From: Mustelus asterias
Taxonomy: Eukaryota
Length of the DNA: 64,000 nt
Direction of reading: 5' to 3'
Assembly (NCBI RefSeq): GCF_964213995.1
Contig: NC_135820.1
Location: forward strand, 496,001-560,000
Shown piece by piece: positions 24,016 through 36,156 of this stretch; position 1 is the stretch's first letter, and every line of letters starts with the position of its first letter. The notes beneath the pieces were generated by a model, which saw only the letters and a program-made list of their open reading frames with translations, was not told where the DNA came from and did not search any database. The position numbers were made by a program, and so were the translations under genes.

Positions 24016-24389
24016 ATCACTCATAGCCACCTCCACCCACCCACAACTCCTTGTGGGGGGGTTATTGTCCTTAAAACATCTCTGAAAAGGTCACACTTGC
24101 CCACCGACTGCCGGTGAGACGGCCATGGGCGAAGAATCGGGCGGGAGGTCACTGAACACAGAGAAAGAGACATGGTTAGGAAGATGCCAAGTCAAGGGTG
24201 ACCACTCTGCCCGTCCAGACACCACCTGCCCCACACTGAGGTGGGGGCGGGCTTGATTGACGCATACAAAATTGTCAGGGACTTTGGTAGGGTGGAGAGA
24301 ATGGAACATTTCCCCTGAGCAGAGTGGTTAATAACCATGGGGGGGGGGGGCATAGATTTAAGGTCAGGGGCAGGAGATTTAGGGGGGCA

Positions 24390-27300
24390 AACTGTGGCAG
24401 ATGGAGTTTAACGTGGAAAAGTGTGAGGTTATCCACTTTGGTAGGAAAAATTGCAAGGGCAACTTATCTAAATGGAGAGAATCTTCATAGTGCTTCGGTG
24501 CAGAGGGATCTGGGCGTCCTTGTGTATGAACCACAGAAAGTTAGTACAGTATGCAGGTACAGCGGGTAATAAGGAAGGCAAATGGAATCTTGGTATTTAT
24601 TGCTAAAGCAATATAATATAAAAGTAGTAAAGTGTACTGTACAAGGCATTGGGGAGACCGCATTTAGAATATTGTGTACAGTTTTGGTCTCCTTGAGGGT
24701 GGCACGGTGGCACAGTAGTTAGCACTGCTGCCTCAGCGCCAGGTACCCGGGTTTGATTCCCAGCTTGAGTCACTGTCTGTGCGAAGTCTGCATGTTTTCC
24801 CCGTGTCTGCGTGGGTTTCTTCTGGGTGCTCCGGTTTCCTCCCACAGTCCAAAGATGTGCAGGTTAGGTGGATTGGCCAGGTTAAACTCTCCATCAGTCC
24901 GACATGTGGAGTTTTTTCAAGGAGCAGCTACTGCGAGTCTGTGATAGGTATGTCCCTGTCAGGCAAGGAGGAATTGGTAGGGCTAGGGAACCGTGGTGCA
25001 CCAAAAAAGTTTCTTTGTTGGTTAAAAAGAAAAAGGAGGCTTATGTTCGGATGAGACGTGAGCACTCGGGTAGTGCACTAGAAAGCTTTAGATTGGCTAA
25101 GAGGGAGTTGAAGAGCGAGCTTAGAAGGGCTAAAAGGGGACATGAGAAGACTTTGGCGGATAGGGTTAAAGAGAATCCTAAGGCGTTCTATAGGTATGTC
25201 AAGAACAGAAGGTTGGTTAGGGCAAGTTTAGGGCCAGTTATAGATGGCAGAGGGAAGTTATGTGTGGAACCGGAGGAGATTGGTGAAGCATTGAACCAAT
25301 ATTTCTCTTCGGTGTTCACGCAAGGGGACATGAATATAGCTGAGGAGGACACTGGGTTGCAGGGGAGTAGAATAGACAGTATTACAGTTGATAAGGAGGA
25401 TGTGCAGGATATTCTGGAGGGTCTGAAAATAGATAAATCCCCTGGTCCGGATGGGATTTATCCAAGGATTCTCTGGGAGGCAAGAGAAGTGATTGCAGCG
25501 CCTCTGGCTCTGATCTTCAGGTCGTCGTTGGCCTCTGGTATAGTACCAGAAGATTGGAGGTTAGCGAATGTTGTCCCATTGTTTAAGAAGGGGAACAGAG
25601 ACTTCCCCGGGAATTATAGACCGGTGAGTCTCACTTCTGTTGTCGGCAAGATGTTGGAAAAAATTATAAGGGATAGGATTTATAGTTATTTGGAGAGTAA
25701 TGAATTGATAGGTGATAGTCAGCATGGTTTTGTGGCAGGTAGGTCGTGCCTTACTAACCTTATTGAGTTTTTTGAGAAAGTGACCAAGGAGGTGGATGGG
25801 GGCAAGGCAGTGGACGTGGTATATATGGATTTTAGTAAGGCGTTTGATAAGGTTCACCATGGTAGGCTTCTGCAGAAAATGCAGATGTATGGGATTGGGG
25901 GTGATCTAGGAAATTGGATCAGGAATTGGCTAGCGGATAGGAAACAGAGGGTGGTGGTTGATAGTAAATATTCATCATGGAGTGCGGTTACAAGTGGTGT
26001 ACCTCAGGGATCTGTTTTGGGGCCACTGCTGTTTGTAATATTTATTAATGATCTGGATGAGGGTATAGTTGGGTGGATTAGCAAATTTGCTGATGACACC
26101 AAAGTCGGTGGTGTGGTAGACAGTGAGGAAGGGTGTCGTAGTCTGCAGGAAGACTTAGACAGGTTGCAAAGTTGGGCCGAGAGGTGGCGGATGGAGTTTA
26201 ATGCGGAGAAGTGTGAGGTAATTCACTTTGGTAGGAATAACAGATGTGTTGAGTATAGGGCTAACGGGAGGACTTTGAATAGTGTGGAGGAGCAGAGGGA
26301 TCTAGGTGTATGTGTGCATAGATCCCTGAAAGTTGGGAATCAAGTAGATAAGGTTGTTAAGAAGGCATATGGTGTCTTGGCGTTTATTGGTAGGGGGATT
26401 GAATTTAGGAGTCGTAGCGTTATGTTGCAACTGTACACAACTCTGGTGCGGCCGCACTTGGAGTACTGTGTGCAGTTCTGGTCCCCACATTACAGGAAGG
26501 ATGTGGAGGCTTTGGAGAGGGTGCAGAGGAGGTTTACCAGGATGTTGCCTGGTATGGAGGGGAGATCCTATGAGGAGAGGCTGAGGGATTTGGGATTGTT
26601 TTCGCTGGAAAGGCGGCGGCTAAGAGGGGATCTTATTGAAACATATAAGATGATTAGAGGTTTAGATAGGGTGGATAGTGATAGCCTTTTTCCTCTGATG
26701 GAGAAATCCAGCACGAGGGGGCATGGCTTTAAATTGAGGGGGGGTAGTTATAGAACCGATGTCAGGGGTAGGTTCTTTACCCAGAGGGTGGTGAGGGATT
26801 GGAATGCCCTGCCAGCATCAGTAGTAAATGCGCCTAGTTTGGGGGCGTTTAAGAGATCCGTAGATAGGTTCATGGACGAAAAGAAATTGGTTTAGGTTGG
26901 AGGGTCACAGTTTTTTTTTTTAACTGGTCGGTGCAACATCGTGGGCCGAAGGGCCTGTTCTGCGCTGTAATGTTCTATGTTCTATGTTCTATAAGGAGGA
27001 TTAGCAGGGTCAATATATGGGGTTACAGGGATAGAGCCTGGGTGGGGTCATTGTTGCTGCAGGCTTGATGGGCCTCCTTCTGTACTGTGGGGATTCTAGG
27101 ATCCGAAGGAGGTAGTTGCATTGGAGGTAGTTCAGAGGAGGTTCACTGGATTGATTCCAGAGATGAGTTTGTCTCACACTATACTCGCGAGACTTTAAAA
27201 GAATAATGGGAGATCCAATTGAGGTGTACAGAATGATGAGGAGGATTGCTGAAGTAGATGTGGAGAGGATGTTTCTGCTTGTGGGGCAATCTAGAACAAG

Positions 27301-27590
27301 TAGTTTTAGGATGAGGGGTAGCAGATTTAAAACAGAGATGAGGAGAAATGATTTATCTCAAAGGTTGGTGAATCTATGGAATTCACTGCCCCAGAGCATG
27401 GTGGATGCCGAGAGATTGAGTAAATTTAAGGACGAGGTGGACAGATTTTTAATTAGTGAGGGTTTGAAGGGTTATGGTGAACGGACAAGTGAATGTAGAT
27501 GAGGCCGAGATGAGATCAGCGATGATCGTATTGAATGCTGGAACAGGCTCAAGGGGCTGGAATGCTTACCCCTGTTCCTAATTCTTATGA
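24390..27590 (+). mobile_element. Three-level nest: old CR1 > HE1 SINE (24697-24890, resumes 26993-27100) > young CR1 (24900-26992, 663-aa open RT ORF)
   Basis: Host CR1 breaks at FWSP and resumes ~27105; the SINE is split after its V-domain; inner LINE has a (TTCTATG)n tail. Confidence 0.9.
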
Positions 27591-28116
27591 TTTAGAGAGG
27601 ATTTGAGGAAAAACATTTTCACTCAGAGGGTGGTGAGAATTTGGAACTCACTGCCTGAAAGGGAGGTGGAGACAGAAACCCGCACAACATTTAAGAAGCA
27701 TTTAGACTAGCATTTGAAATGCTATAGCATACAAGGCTACAGGCCAAATGTTGGAAAGTTGGATCAGAATAGATAGGTACTTGATGGACAGTGCGGACAC
27801 AATGGGCTGAAGGGCCAACTTCCGTGCTGTAAAACTCTATGACACTATGTCTATGACGTGGCAGAATCATAGAACATAGAACATAGAACATTACAGCGCA
27901 GAACAGGCCCTTCGGCCCACGATGTTGCACCGACCAGTTAAAAAAAAAAATCTGCAGAGCACTGGCAGTGCAGAAAGAGACCATTCGGCCCATCGAGTCT
28001 GCACTGACTCTCTGAAACAGCATCCCACCTAGCCCTCCTCCCCCACTTGCCCTTCCTTATCCCTGTAACCCCAAGCATTTACCATGGTCAATCCACCTAA
28101 GCTACACATCTCTGGA

Positions 28117-28393
28117 TAATGCATTTGACTTGAGCAGCCATCCCGGAATCCATCCAACAGGAGTGGAAACAAGTCACGCTCGATCCCGAGGAACTGCCTG
28201 AGAAGAACAGAGACTGGTGCGTGTTACCGATTCTGAATTTATACAGTATTTATTTTATATTTGCTGGTGTATTTTATATTGCAGGTTATTGCAGCTGGGA
28301 TTACACAGAGCTGCACGTGTACAGTACAGTGTTTCAATGTGAACATTGCATTTTCCGGTGAGAAACGCCTGATAGAACAGACTCTGGTTTTAA
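28117..28393 (+). repeat. Inverted duplicate of 22083-22362 (exon-intron-exon piece)
   Basis: Near-identical reverse complement, including AIPESIQQEWKQVTLDPEELPEKNRD and the 68-bp intron. Confidence 0.95.
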
Positions 28394-29534
28394 CACAGAT
28401 TCCTGCGGGAACACATGATTCACTTAAAGTTGTTTCACTTAAAGTCACCATTTTCAGGAATGTGACTGTAACTTTAAGTGAGGATTCCCTGTACCTGTGA
28501 TCAATTCTGGGCCCTGAACCTTAGGAAGGATTCAGCAGAATGATCCCGGGGCTAAAAGGGTTAAATTTAAGGGAGGCCAGGTTAGGTGGAAGAGCTCCCG
28601 AAACGTGTACAGATTCAGTATCCATGGTAACCTTGCGGGCAGTCATTCTGCCGCACCATGCCCGGAGCATCCAGAGGAGCGCTCTGTTTACAATGTCAGG
28701 GCCACATAACAATTGGAAAATGTTCACCCCTGCACTTTATTCTCCTTGTGTTGGGTGTGTATCCATTCCCGGTGTTTGCCGCTATAGCCATCCTATTTCT
28801 GTGTCAATTGTAGTTAATGTTAACATGCACAGAGCAGGGAAACCAGCAAGAGTTGAAGAGCAGGGCAGTAATGTACTTTCCTGATCCATAACCCAAGAGT
28901 TTGGTGAAATCTTTCAACCCAACACAGACCAGGACCTGTATCCATATATGGTGCAGCACAGTTCCACCTCAACCCTCAGCCATCAGGGCAAATGGGAATT
29001 GAACATCCAACCAGTGAATTCTCACTGTAATTCACTCTGTTATCAAAGCTTTTTCACCCTGCTATGACACACAAAACATCTGCAAGTGAACATTCCCAGT
29101 ATAAGTTGCACTGGTTACAATAACATCATGTCTCCCAGTTCCTCAGTCTGAATAGCATTGTCTCTACTAATTCTACAACCAATTTCAACACCTTGTCTTT
29201 GAAATCCTTTCGTTTTATAGAACCAAGGCTGAGAATTAGGAATCAAAAGTATGATATGAAAAGATGGGAACAATGCATGATGGTAAAATGGTGAGGAAAT
29301 TATACTGAACTGGATTAATTATGTTCTCAGCCTTCTTTCCCCGAACAACACACTTCACAATCACCGTTCTGTAAACACTCATATTGAACAACAGAATGAA
29401 AATTGACTCAAATACGCAGACAGCAACTCATGGTAACTGAGTAGCTGAACACTATACAGCATCAAAAAATGTTTCGAAGGCACAGTATGAAGCACATTTA
29501 ATCAAAGTTAACAATTTGGTACTGTAAAAAGACA

Positions 29535-30075
29535 GCGCTGCACTATCAGAGGGTCAGTGCTGAGGGAGTGCCGCACCATCAGAGGGTCAGTACTGAGGGA
29601 GTGCCGCACTGTCAGAGGGTCAGTACTGAGGGAGCACTGCACTGTGAGAGGGTCAGTACTGAGGGAGTGCCGCATTGTCAGTGGGTCAGCACTGAGGGAG
29701 TGCCGCACTATCAGAGGGTCAGTACTGAGGGAGTGCCGCACTGTCAGAGGGTCAGTACTGAGGGAGTGCTGCACTGTCAGAGGGTCAGTACTGAGGGAGT
29801 GCTGCACTGTCAGAGGGTCAGTACTGAGGGAGTGCCACACTGTCAGAGGGTCAGTACTGAGGGAGTGCCGCACTGTCAGAGTGTCAGTACTGAGGGAGTG
29901 CCGCACTGTCAGAGGGTCAGTACTGAGGGAGTGCCGCACTGTCAGAGGGTCAGTACAGAAAGTGCTGCACTGTCAGAGGGTCAGTACAGAAAGTGCTGCA
30001 CTGTCAGAGGGTCAGTACAGAAAGTGCTGCATTGTCAGAGGGTCAGTACAGAAAGTGCTGCACTGTCAGGGGGTC
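29535..30075 (-). repeat. 33-bp minisatellite in the opposite orientation, switching to a 31-bp variant (AGAGGGTCAGTACAGAAAGTGCTGCACTGTC) from ~29945
   Basis: Direct inspection of units. Confidence 0.95.
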
Positions 30076-30099
30076 AGTCTGGAGGGAGCGCTGCAATGT

Positions 30100-30270
30100 T
30101 GGGGGCCTGTTACTGATGGCCTTTTGTTGGAGCTTGTTGTGCACAATTTGGCTGCTACCACGACTCCATTACGACAGTGACCAAAATTTAAACACACTTA
30201 ATTGGCTGTGAGTGCTTCGGGATGTGCTGAGGTGGTGAAAGGCTATCGAAAAATGCAAATCTTTCTGTTC
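30100..30270 (+). mobile_element. DeuSINE 3' tail remnant
   Basis: GAGCTTGTTGTGCACAATTTGGCTG...ATTGGCTGTGAGTGCTTCGGGATGTGCTGAGGTGGTGAAAGGC...AATGCAAATCTTTC. Confidence 0.65.
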
Positions 30271-31028
30271 TGGGCATCAAACAACTGAATGTGTTCAAAG
30301 AACAAACAGCCTAAAGCTTAATCAAAGAGGAGGTCGTCCCAAGGGGCCTCTTAAAGGAGGAGGGAAGAGAGAAAGGTTCAGGATGTAAAGGTTTTCCTTG
30401 AGGAGAGGATCGATGAAAGTTGATCTGAAAGAGAGAGGGATGACACGCAAAGAGAAAGAGAGTGCCTTTAACAATATCGGCTGACTTGGAAACCAGGAGG
30501 CGAAGTTGTGCAGTCAACAGTTTACTGGGAAAAGGGTGGAGGGAACAGGAGTTGGCCCTCATGGACAAGCTGTGTTCAGAGAGCGAATGGAGTTGGCCCT
30601 CATGGACAAGCTGTGTTCAGAGAGCGAATGAGAGGAGAATGGAGAGAGGTTGTGGAAAGATGAGAGTTCAGGGCTCGGGCCGGGGTGGGATGGGGAGGGG
30701 GAGGTTTGGCCCAGTGGGCTCGTGAATGGGATTGAATTTGTCCGTTCTGTCCTGGTGGATCATCGATCAATACCAAAAGACATTTCCAATCAGAATGGAG
30801 AGAAGGAGTTTTCCAGCAGTGAGGAACAACCTGAAGGAGGAGGGACAAACTGAAAGACAGAGAATCATCTCAGAGAGATCATTTCAAAGATATCAGATTA
30901 TAACAAGAGCTTTAAAGCTGGTTCATGGGACTGAGACCCTGTGGATTTTTGGAAAGTAAATGGGAGTTTTGAATGATTCTCACGCTCTGTGTTCTCCCCA
31001 CACTGCGGGTGTCTCTTTCTCGCTCAGT

Positions 31029-31145
31029 TTATACATTCCCATAAATAGCATCCTCAGAAAAGTCACAGTTTGCATAAAGATCATCTTCTGGGTCAGGACT
31101 GAGGCTGTGTTTAGATTCCATTTCCAGAACCTTCCCATCTTTCTT
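31029..31145 (-). CDS. Siglec-like gene, exon 9 (terminal cytoplasmic): KKDGKVLEMESKHSLSPDPEDDLYANCDFSEDAIYGNV*
   Basis: Acceptor TATTACAG|, phase 0, TAA at 31031-31029; Tyr motifs LYANC and IYGNV. Confidence 0.8.
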   Translation of the reverse strand, partial: KKDGKVLEMESKHSLSPDPEDDLYANCDFSEDAIYGNV

Positions 31146-31239
31146 CTGTAATAGAAACAGAAATGATCAGAGAGATAATCAGAGTGATCTGTGTTTAGTA
31201 TAATTGATCCAAATTGAAACTTCCACCCACACGAGACAT

Positions 31240-32545
31240 TAATTATTGATTCTGAACAGAGTTTGATTATTGATACTGAATGGAGTTTGATTATTGCTAC
31301 TGAACGGGGTTTGAGTATTGACACTGAACGGGGTTTGATTATTACTACTGAACTGAGTTTGATTATTGATACTGAATGGGGTTTGGTTATTGACACTGAA
31401 CGGTGTTTGCTTACTGATACTGAACGGAGTTTGATTATTGCGACTGAACGGGGTTTGATTATTGACACTGAACGGAGTTTGATTATTGATACTGAACAGA
31501 GTTTGATTATTGCTACTGAACGGGGTTTGGTTATTGACACTTAACGGTGTTTGATTATTGATACTGAACCGGGTTTGATTATTGATACTGAACGGGGTTT
31601 GATTATTGACACTGAACGGGGTTTGATTATTGATACTGAACGGGGTTTCATTATTGACACTGAACGATGTTTGATTATTGACACTGAACGGGGTTTGATT
31701 GTTGACACTGAACGGGGTTTGATTATTGATATTGAACGGTGTTTGATTATTGATACTGAATGGGGTTTGATTATTGATACTGATCGGGGTTTGATTATAG
31801 ATACTGAACGGGGTTTGATTATTGACACTAAACAGTATTTGATTATTGCTACTGAACGGTGTTTGATTATTGCTACTGAATGGGGTTTGATTATTGATAT
31901 TGATCGGGGTTTGATTATTGCTACTGAACGGGGTTTGATTATTGATACTGAACGGTGTTTGATTATTGACACTGAACGGGCTTTGATTATTGACACTGAA
32001 CGCTGTTTGATTATTGACACTGAACGGGGTTTGATTATCGATACGAATCGGGGTTTGATTATCGATACGAAACGGGGTTTGATTATTGATACTGAATGGG
32101 GTTTGATTATTGATACTGAACGGGGTTTGATTATTGATACTGAATGGGGTTTGATTATTGATACTGAATGGGGTTTGATTATTAATACTGAACGATGTTT
32201 GATTATTGATACTGAACGGGGTTTGATTATTAATACTGAACGGGGTTTGATTATTGACACTGAATGGGGTTTGATTATCGATACGAAACGGAGTTTGATT
32301 ATCGATACTGAACGGGGTTTGATTATCGATACGAAACAGGGTTTGATTATTGCTACTGAACGGTGTTTGATTATTGCTACTGAACGGTGCTTGATTATTG
32401 ATACTGAACGGGGTTTGATTATTGATACGAAACGGGGTTTGATTATTGATATTGAACAGGGATTGATTATTGATATTGAACGGGGTTTGATTATTAATAC
32501 TGAATGGGGTTTGATTATCGATATGAAACGTGGTTTGATTTGATA
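31240..32545. repeat. 24-bp minisatellite (TTTGATTATTGATACTGAACGGGG), ~54 copies
   Basis: Direct tandem units; yields the spurious ORF (LIIDTERG)n. Confidence 0.97.
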
Positions 32546-32553
32546 ATTAATAC

Positions 32554-32652
32554 CGAATATTTGGCAGCCTCGAAGATTTCATAAAGATTCTCATCTGAAT
32601 CAGGACTGAGGCCGTGTTTAGATTCCATTTCCAGAACCTTCCCATCATTCTT
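32554..32652 (-). CDS. Siglec-like gene, exon 8 (duplicated cytoplasmic): KNDGKVLEMESKHGLSPDSDENLYEIFEAAKYS
   Basis: Acceptor region nearly identical to that of exon 9; 99 bp, phase 0-0; weak donor TCG|GTATTA. Confidence 0.6.
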
Positions 32653-32747
32653 CTGTAATAGAAACAGAAATGATCAGAGAAATAATCAGAGTGATCTGTG
32701 TTTAGTATAATTAATCCAAATTGAAACTTCCACCCACACGAGACGTT

Positions 32748-33260
32748 AATTATTGACACTGAACGGAGTTTGATTATTGACACTGAACGGGGTTTGATTA
32801 TTGACACTGAATGGGGTTTGATTATTGACACTGAACGGGGTTTGATTATTGATACTGAACAGGGTTTGATTATTGATACTGAACAGGGTTTGATTATTGA
32901 CACTGAACAGGGTTTGATTATTGACACTGAACGGGTTTTGATTATTGACACTGAACGGGGTTTGATTATTGATACTGAACGGGGTTTGATTATTGATACT
33001 GAACGGGGTTTGATTATTGATACTGAACGGGTTTTGATTATTGATACTGAACGGGGTTTGATTGTTGACACTGAATGGGGTTTGATTATTGATACTGAAC
33101 GGGGTTTGATTATTGATACTGAATGGGGTTTGATTATTGATACTGAACGGGGTTTGATTATTGACACTGAACGGAGTTTGATTATTGACACTGAACGGAG
33201 TTTGATGATTGATACTGAACGGGGTTTGATTATTGATACTGACTGGAGTTTAATTATTCA
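32748..33260. repeat. 24-bp minisatellite, ~21 copies
   Basis: Same unit as 31240-32545. Confidence 0.97.
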
Positions 33261-33676
33261 CACTGTGCCTTTGAGAAATGTATTTGTAGCATGTTTGTTG
33301 TGAAGGGACTGTTTTATTTTTCAGCCCTGATTACGGCGCTGACTGTTTCCGACCGGCAACCCACGTGCTGAGCATGCAGAAGGATAATCGCTCCGAGTTA
33401 TTGGAGTGTTTGTTTTAATTTGGGTGAATGCAGTTTTGTTACTTTTTGGGGTTGTTCTTTGGGGTTTCATAGTGGGGTTTAATTAGCCTGCCTGACAAGA
33501 AGAGATAGTCATATGAGTGGGCGGAGATAGGCTTCCAGAGAGCAGGCAGTTGGTGTTTGAATTTAAGCGGAGCAGCAACTCTTTTTCTCTCTCCTCTTTT
33601 TGGAAATTGAAGTCTGAGACCTGCTGGAAAATATGTATCAGTGGGAGGTTACTTAGGAGTAAGTAAAACTCAGATG

Positions 33677-34623
33677 GGGCAATTTTACCTTTTTTTATTC
33701 TAAGTGCTGGGCGGACCTGAAACTGGGCGAGTTTCAGATCTGTCTTCTGGGCATGTTCTCAGGCCCCCCTCCCCCCCATATGTACTCTGCCTGCAAAAAT
33801 ATCAGCAAGCCTGTTGCTCACTGCAGAAGCCTGTGGGCGGAGCTTAACACACGTGAAAGCATGTAGAGGGAGGTAGTGCTCATGTGCAGGCCTCTGATGC
33901 TGCACATGCGCAATAGCAGTAACAGGGGTTTGACAGACAAAGAGAGCTGTCAGGCCCCTGCTCGTGCAGGCGGCCTGAAGCAGTCCCCCCTGCAATCACG
34001 GTGGCCCAAGATAAAGCCCCTGCCAACCCCCCAACCCCAGCAATCGTGGACCTGCTGCCCTCCCCCCACCGATCGCTGCAGAGTGGCAGCGGACCCCTCT
34101 CCCCCCCTCCCCCCACCGATTCCTGCAAAATGGCAGCGGGCTCCTGCCCCCCATTAGTCCTGCCCCCTGGCACTGCCCAGTGGGCATTGTCCAGGTGCCC
34201 GGTGGGCATTGCTCAGGTGCCAGGGTGACACTGCCAAATTGGCACTGCCCAAGGGGTACTCCCCTTGGCCTCCCCGGGGGGCCTCAATGGTCTCCGGTTC
34301 AACCGGCGAGGCCAAGTCTGACTGCTCTCTGTTCATGGGGAGCATGTCTATTCCTCTCCGGCGTGAACCTTGCCCGGCGAGGTCACAAAGGGGGGGGCGG
34401 GCCCGGACAATTGAACGCTAGGCTCACGAAGCAGATGTCAAATAGCATTATCATAAATCTCTGTATATTAACCTGCCTCCTGCCCATTTCCAGCGAGAGG
34501 CTGACCGTGCCGGAAATCCGGCACTCGCGAAAACTGGTGCCAATCATGCAAAGTGCTTGACGCCCAACTTTACCACTGCGTCGTGCCCGAAAACTGGTGC
34601 AACGCGATGGTAAAACCATCCCC
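33677..34623 (+). mobile_element. GC-rich MITE-like element
   Basis: Imperfect TIRs GGGGCAATTTTACC / GGTAAAACCATCCCC; poly-C tracts and GGCACTGCC motifs shared with 190-750. Confidence 0.6.
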
Positions 34624-34656
34624 AGAGTGTGTCATGTGAATATGCTCAAACAGTAT

Positions 34657-34825
34657 AAAGCAAATTACATCGGTTGCTGGAATCTGAAACCAAAAGAGAA
34701 AATTCTGGAAAATCTCAGCAGGTCTGGCAGCATTTGTAAGGAGAGAAAGAGCTGACGTTTTGAGTCCAGATGACCTTTTGTCTGTCATGTGGACTCGAAA
34801 CGTCGTACTTTTCTCTCCTTACAGA
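34657..34825. mobile_element. Penelope-like terminal fragment with fold-back
   Basis: GCTGGAATCTGAAAC..CTGGAAAATCTCAGCAGGTCTGGCAGCA; internal inverted repeat; flanked by ATGCTCAAAC(A/G)GTAT duplication at 34642 and 34825. Confidence 0.6.
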
Positions 34826-35157
34826 TGCTCAAACGGTATTTTGATAGGGATAAAAAGCAGAAGAAGGATGTGTTGGTGGTTACAATGCAGAGTGAAAAAG
34901 AACTAGATTATTCTGAAACTGACATTCCTCAAATTGGATTGGACAATGAGGAAGTAATCAAATATTGGGATTTACATACTGAGTTACTTTCAGAAAAAAA
35001 TCAAAATGAACTGAAAGAGTTATTACATTCACATGGAGATATATGTGGGAATGTACTGGGAAAAACTAAAATAAGTGTGCTTGATGTAGAAAATGCTGTT
35101 CCAGTTGAGCAATATTTGTCCAGACTTAATCCACTGAAGCTGTCACAGGTTCAGAAG

Positions 35158-35510
35158 GAAAAGCTGACATTTGCTTGGCCTGAGATGCAGCAGTTGAAAG
35201 TCTCAATCAAACACTACGAAGGGCTGGTGGATAGTTACAAATCTCAGTTAATGAAGACTCGAATGGAGGCAGATGAGTGCAATGTAAAACTGGTGAAGGC
35301 AAAAGAGGAGAATCAGTTAGTGGACAATGATTGATTAAGGAAAGTGAGCCGGAGCGGAGACAAATGCAAGAAAAGTTGACTGATTTGGAAGCTGTTCCTG
35401 AGTTGTTGAACGTCAGCTGCAGGACTGTTAAAAACAACTCATCATCGAGGAGAGGAAAAATGTCGATGAATGAACAGTTATGTGTGATCGCAAAATGGAG
35501 ATTGAGGAGT
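35158..35510 (+). pseudogene. ODF2: ODF2/cenexin-like intronless coding fragment with stops and frameshifts
   Basis: EMQQLKVSIKHYEGLVDSYKSQLMKTRMEADE...KEEN; KESEPERRQMQEKLTDLEAVPELL; QLQDC*KQL..EERKNVD resemble the ODF2 coiled coil as recalled (QQLKASVKNYEGMIDNYKSQVMKTRLEADE...ERKNID). Confidence 0.75.
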
Positions 35511-36156
35511 ATTTTACGACTGCAGGCGAAAGTAAAGGACAACGACGTGAGGTGAGACAGTTTGATGAAACAGTACCATCGTTTGAAATGAACTGCTGGA
35601 ATAATGAATCGATACAGCTTGTACAGATGTGAATACCAAGAGAAGCAGTACTGTTCATAGCTGGTGTTCGAGTAAATTATGATGGTTTTTGCAGCAGCAT
35701 AATTGTCACGGTGATCGTTGGAACCATAATTACAATGAATTTTGACACCAAAGAAGACAATCTGCTATGTATCATTGCAAAGAATATGCAGAAAATGATA
35801 ATGAAGATCCTGAACAATTGAAGAAATTGGTAAAGTAGCTTTGAACAGAAAGATTGGAGATGCGGGAAAGACTGTTGAGACACCATTTCACAACAGAATG
35901 TGGAGTTGGACTGCCTGACAGAGGAATCTGTGAAAATCAAAAGAACTGTTTCGACTGAGCAAAGGAAATTAAAAAGCAAATCCAAAGTAGTTTGTGCAAG
36001 TTTGCATCCAATGTAAAGCTTTCTTGTTCATACTTCAGCTCTGATTATGGTGCCAATTGTCTATGACCAGCAGTCCACATGTTAAGAATGTAGATGAATA
36101 ATTGCTCCTAATTATTGGGGTGTTTGTTTTAATCTGAGTTAATGCAGTTTTGTTAT

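Noticed and set aside
30980-31150. Listed ORF frame RRKMGRFWKWNLN as the cytoplasmic tail
   Set aside because: The homologous frame is closed in exon 7; the phase-0 frame is open in all three copies and carries the Tyr motifs
31541-32543. 330-aa (LIIDTERG)n and (SIIKPRSV)n ORFs
   Set aside because: 24-bp minisatellite, stop-free by chance; intronic
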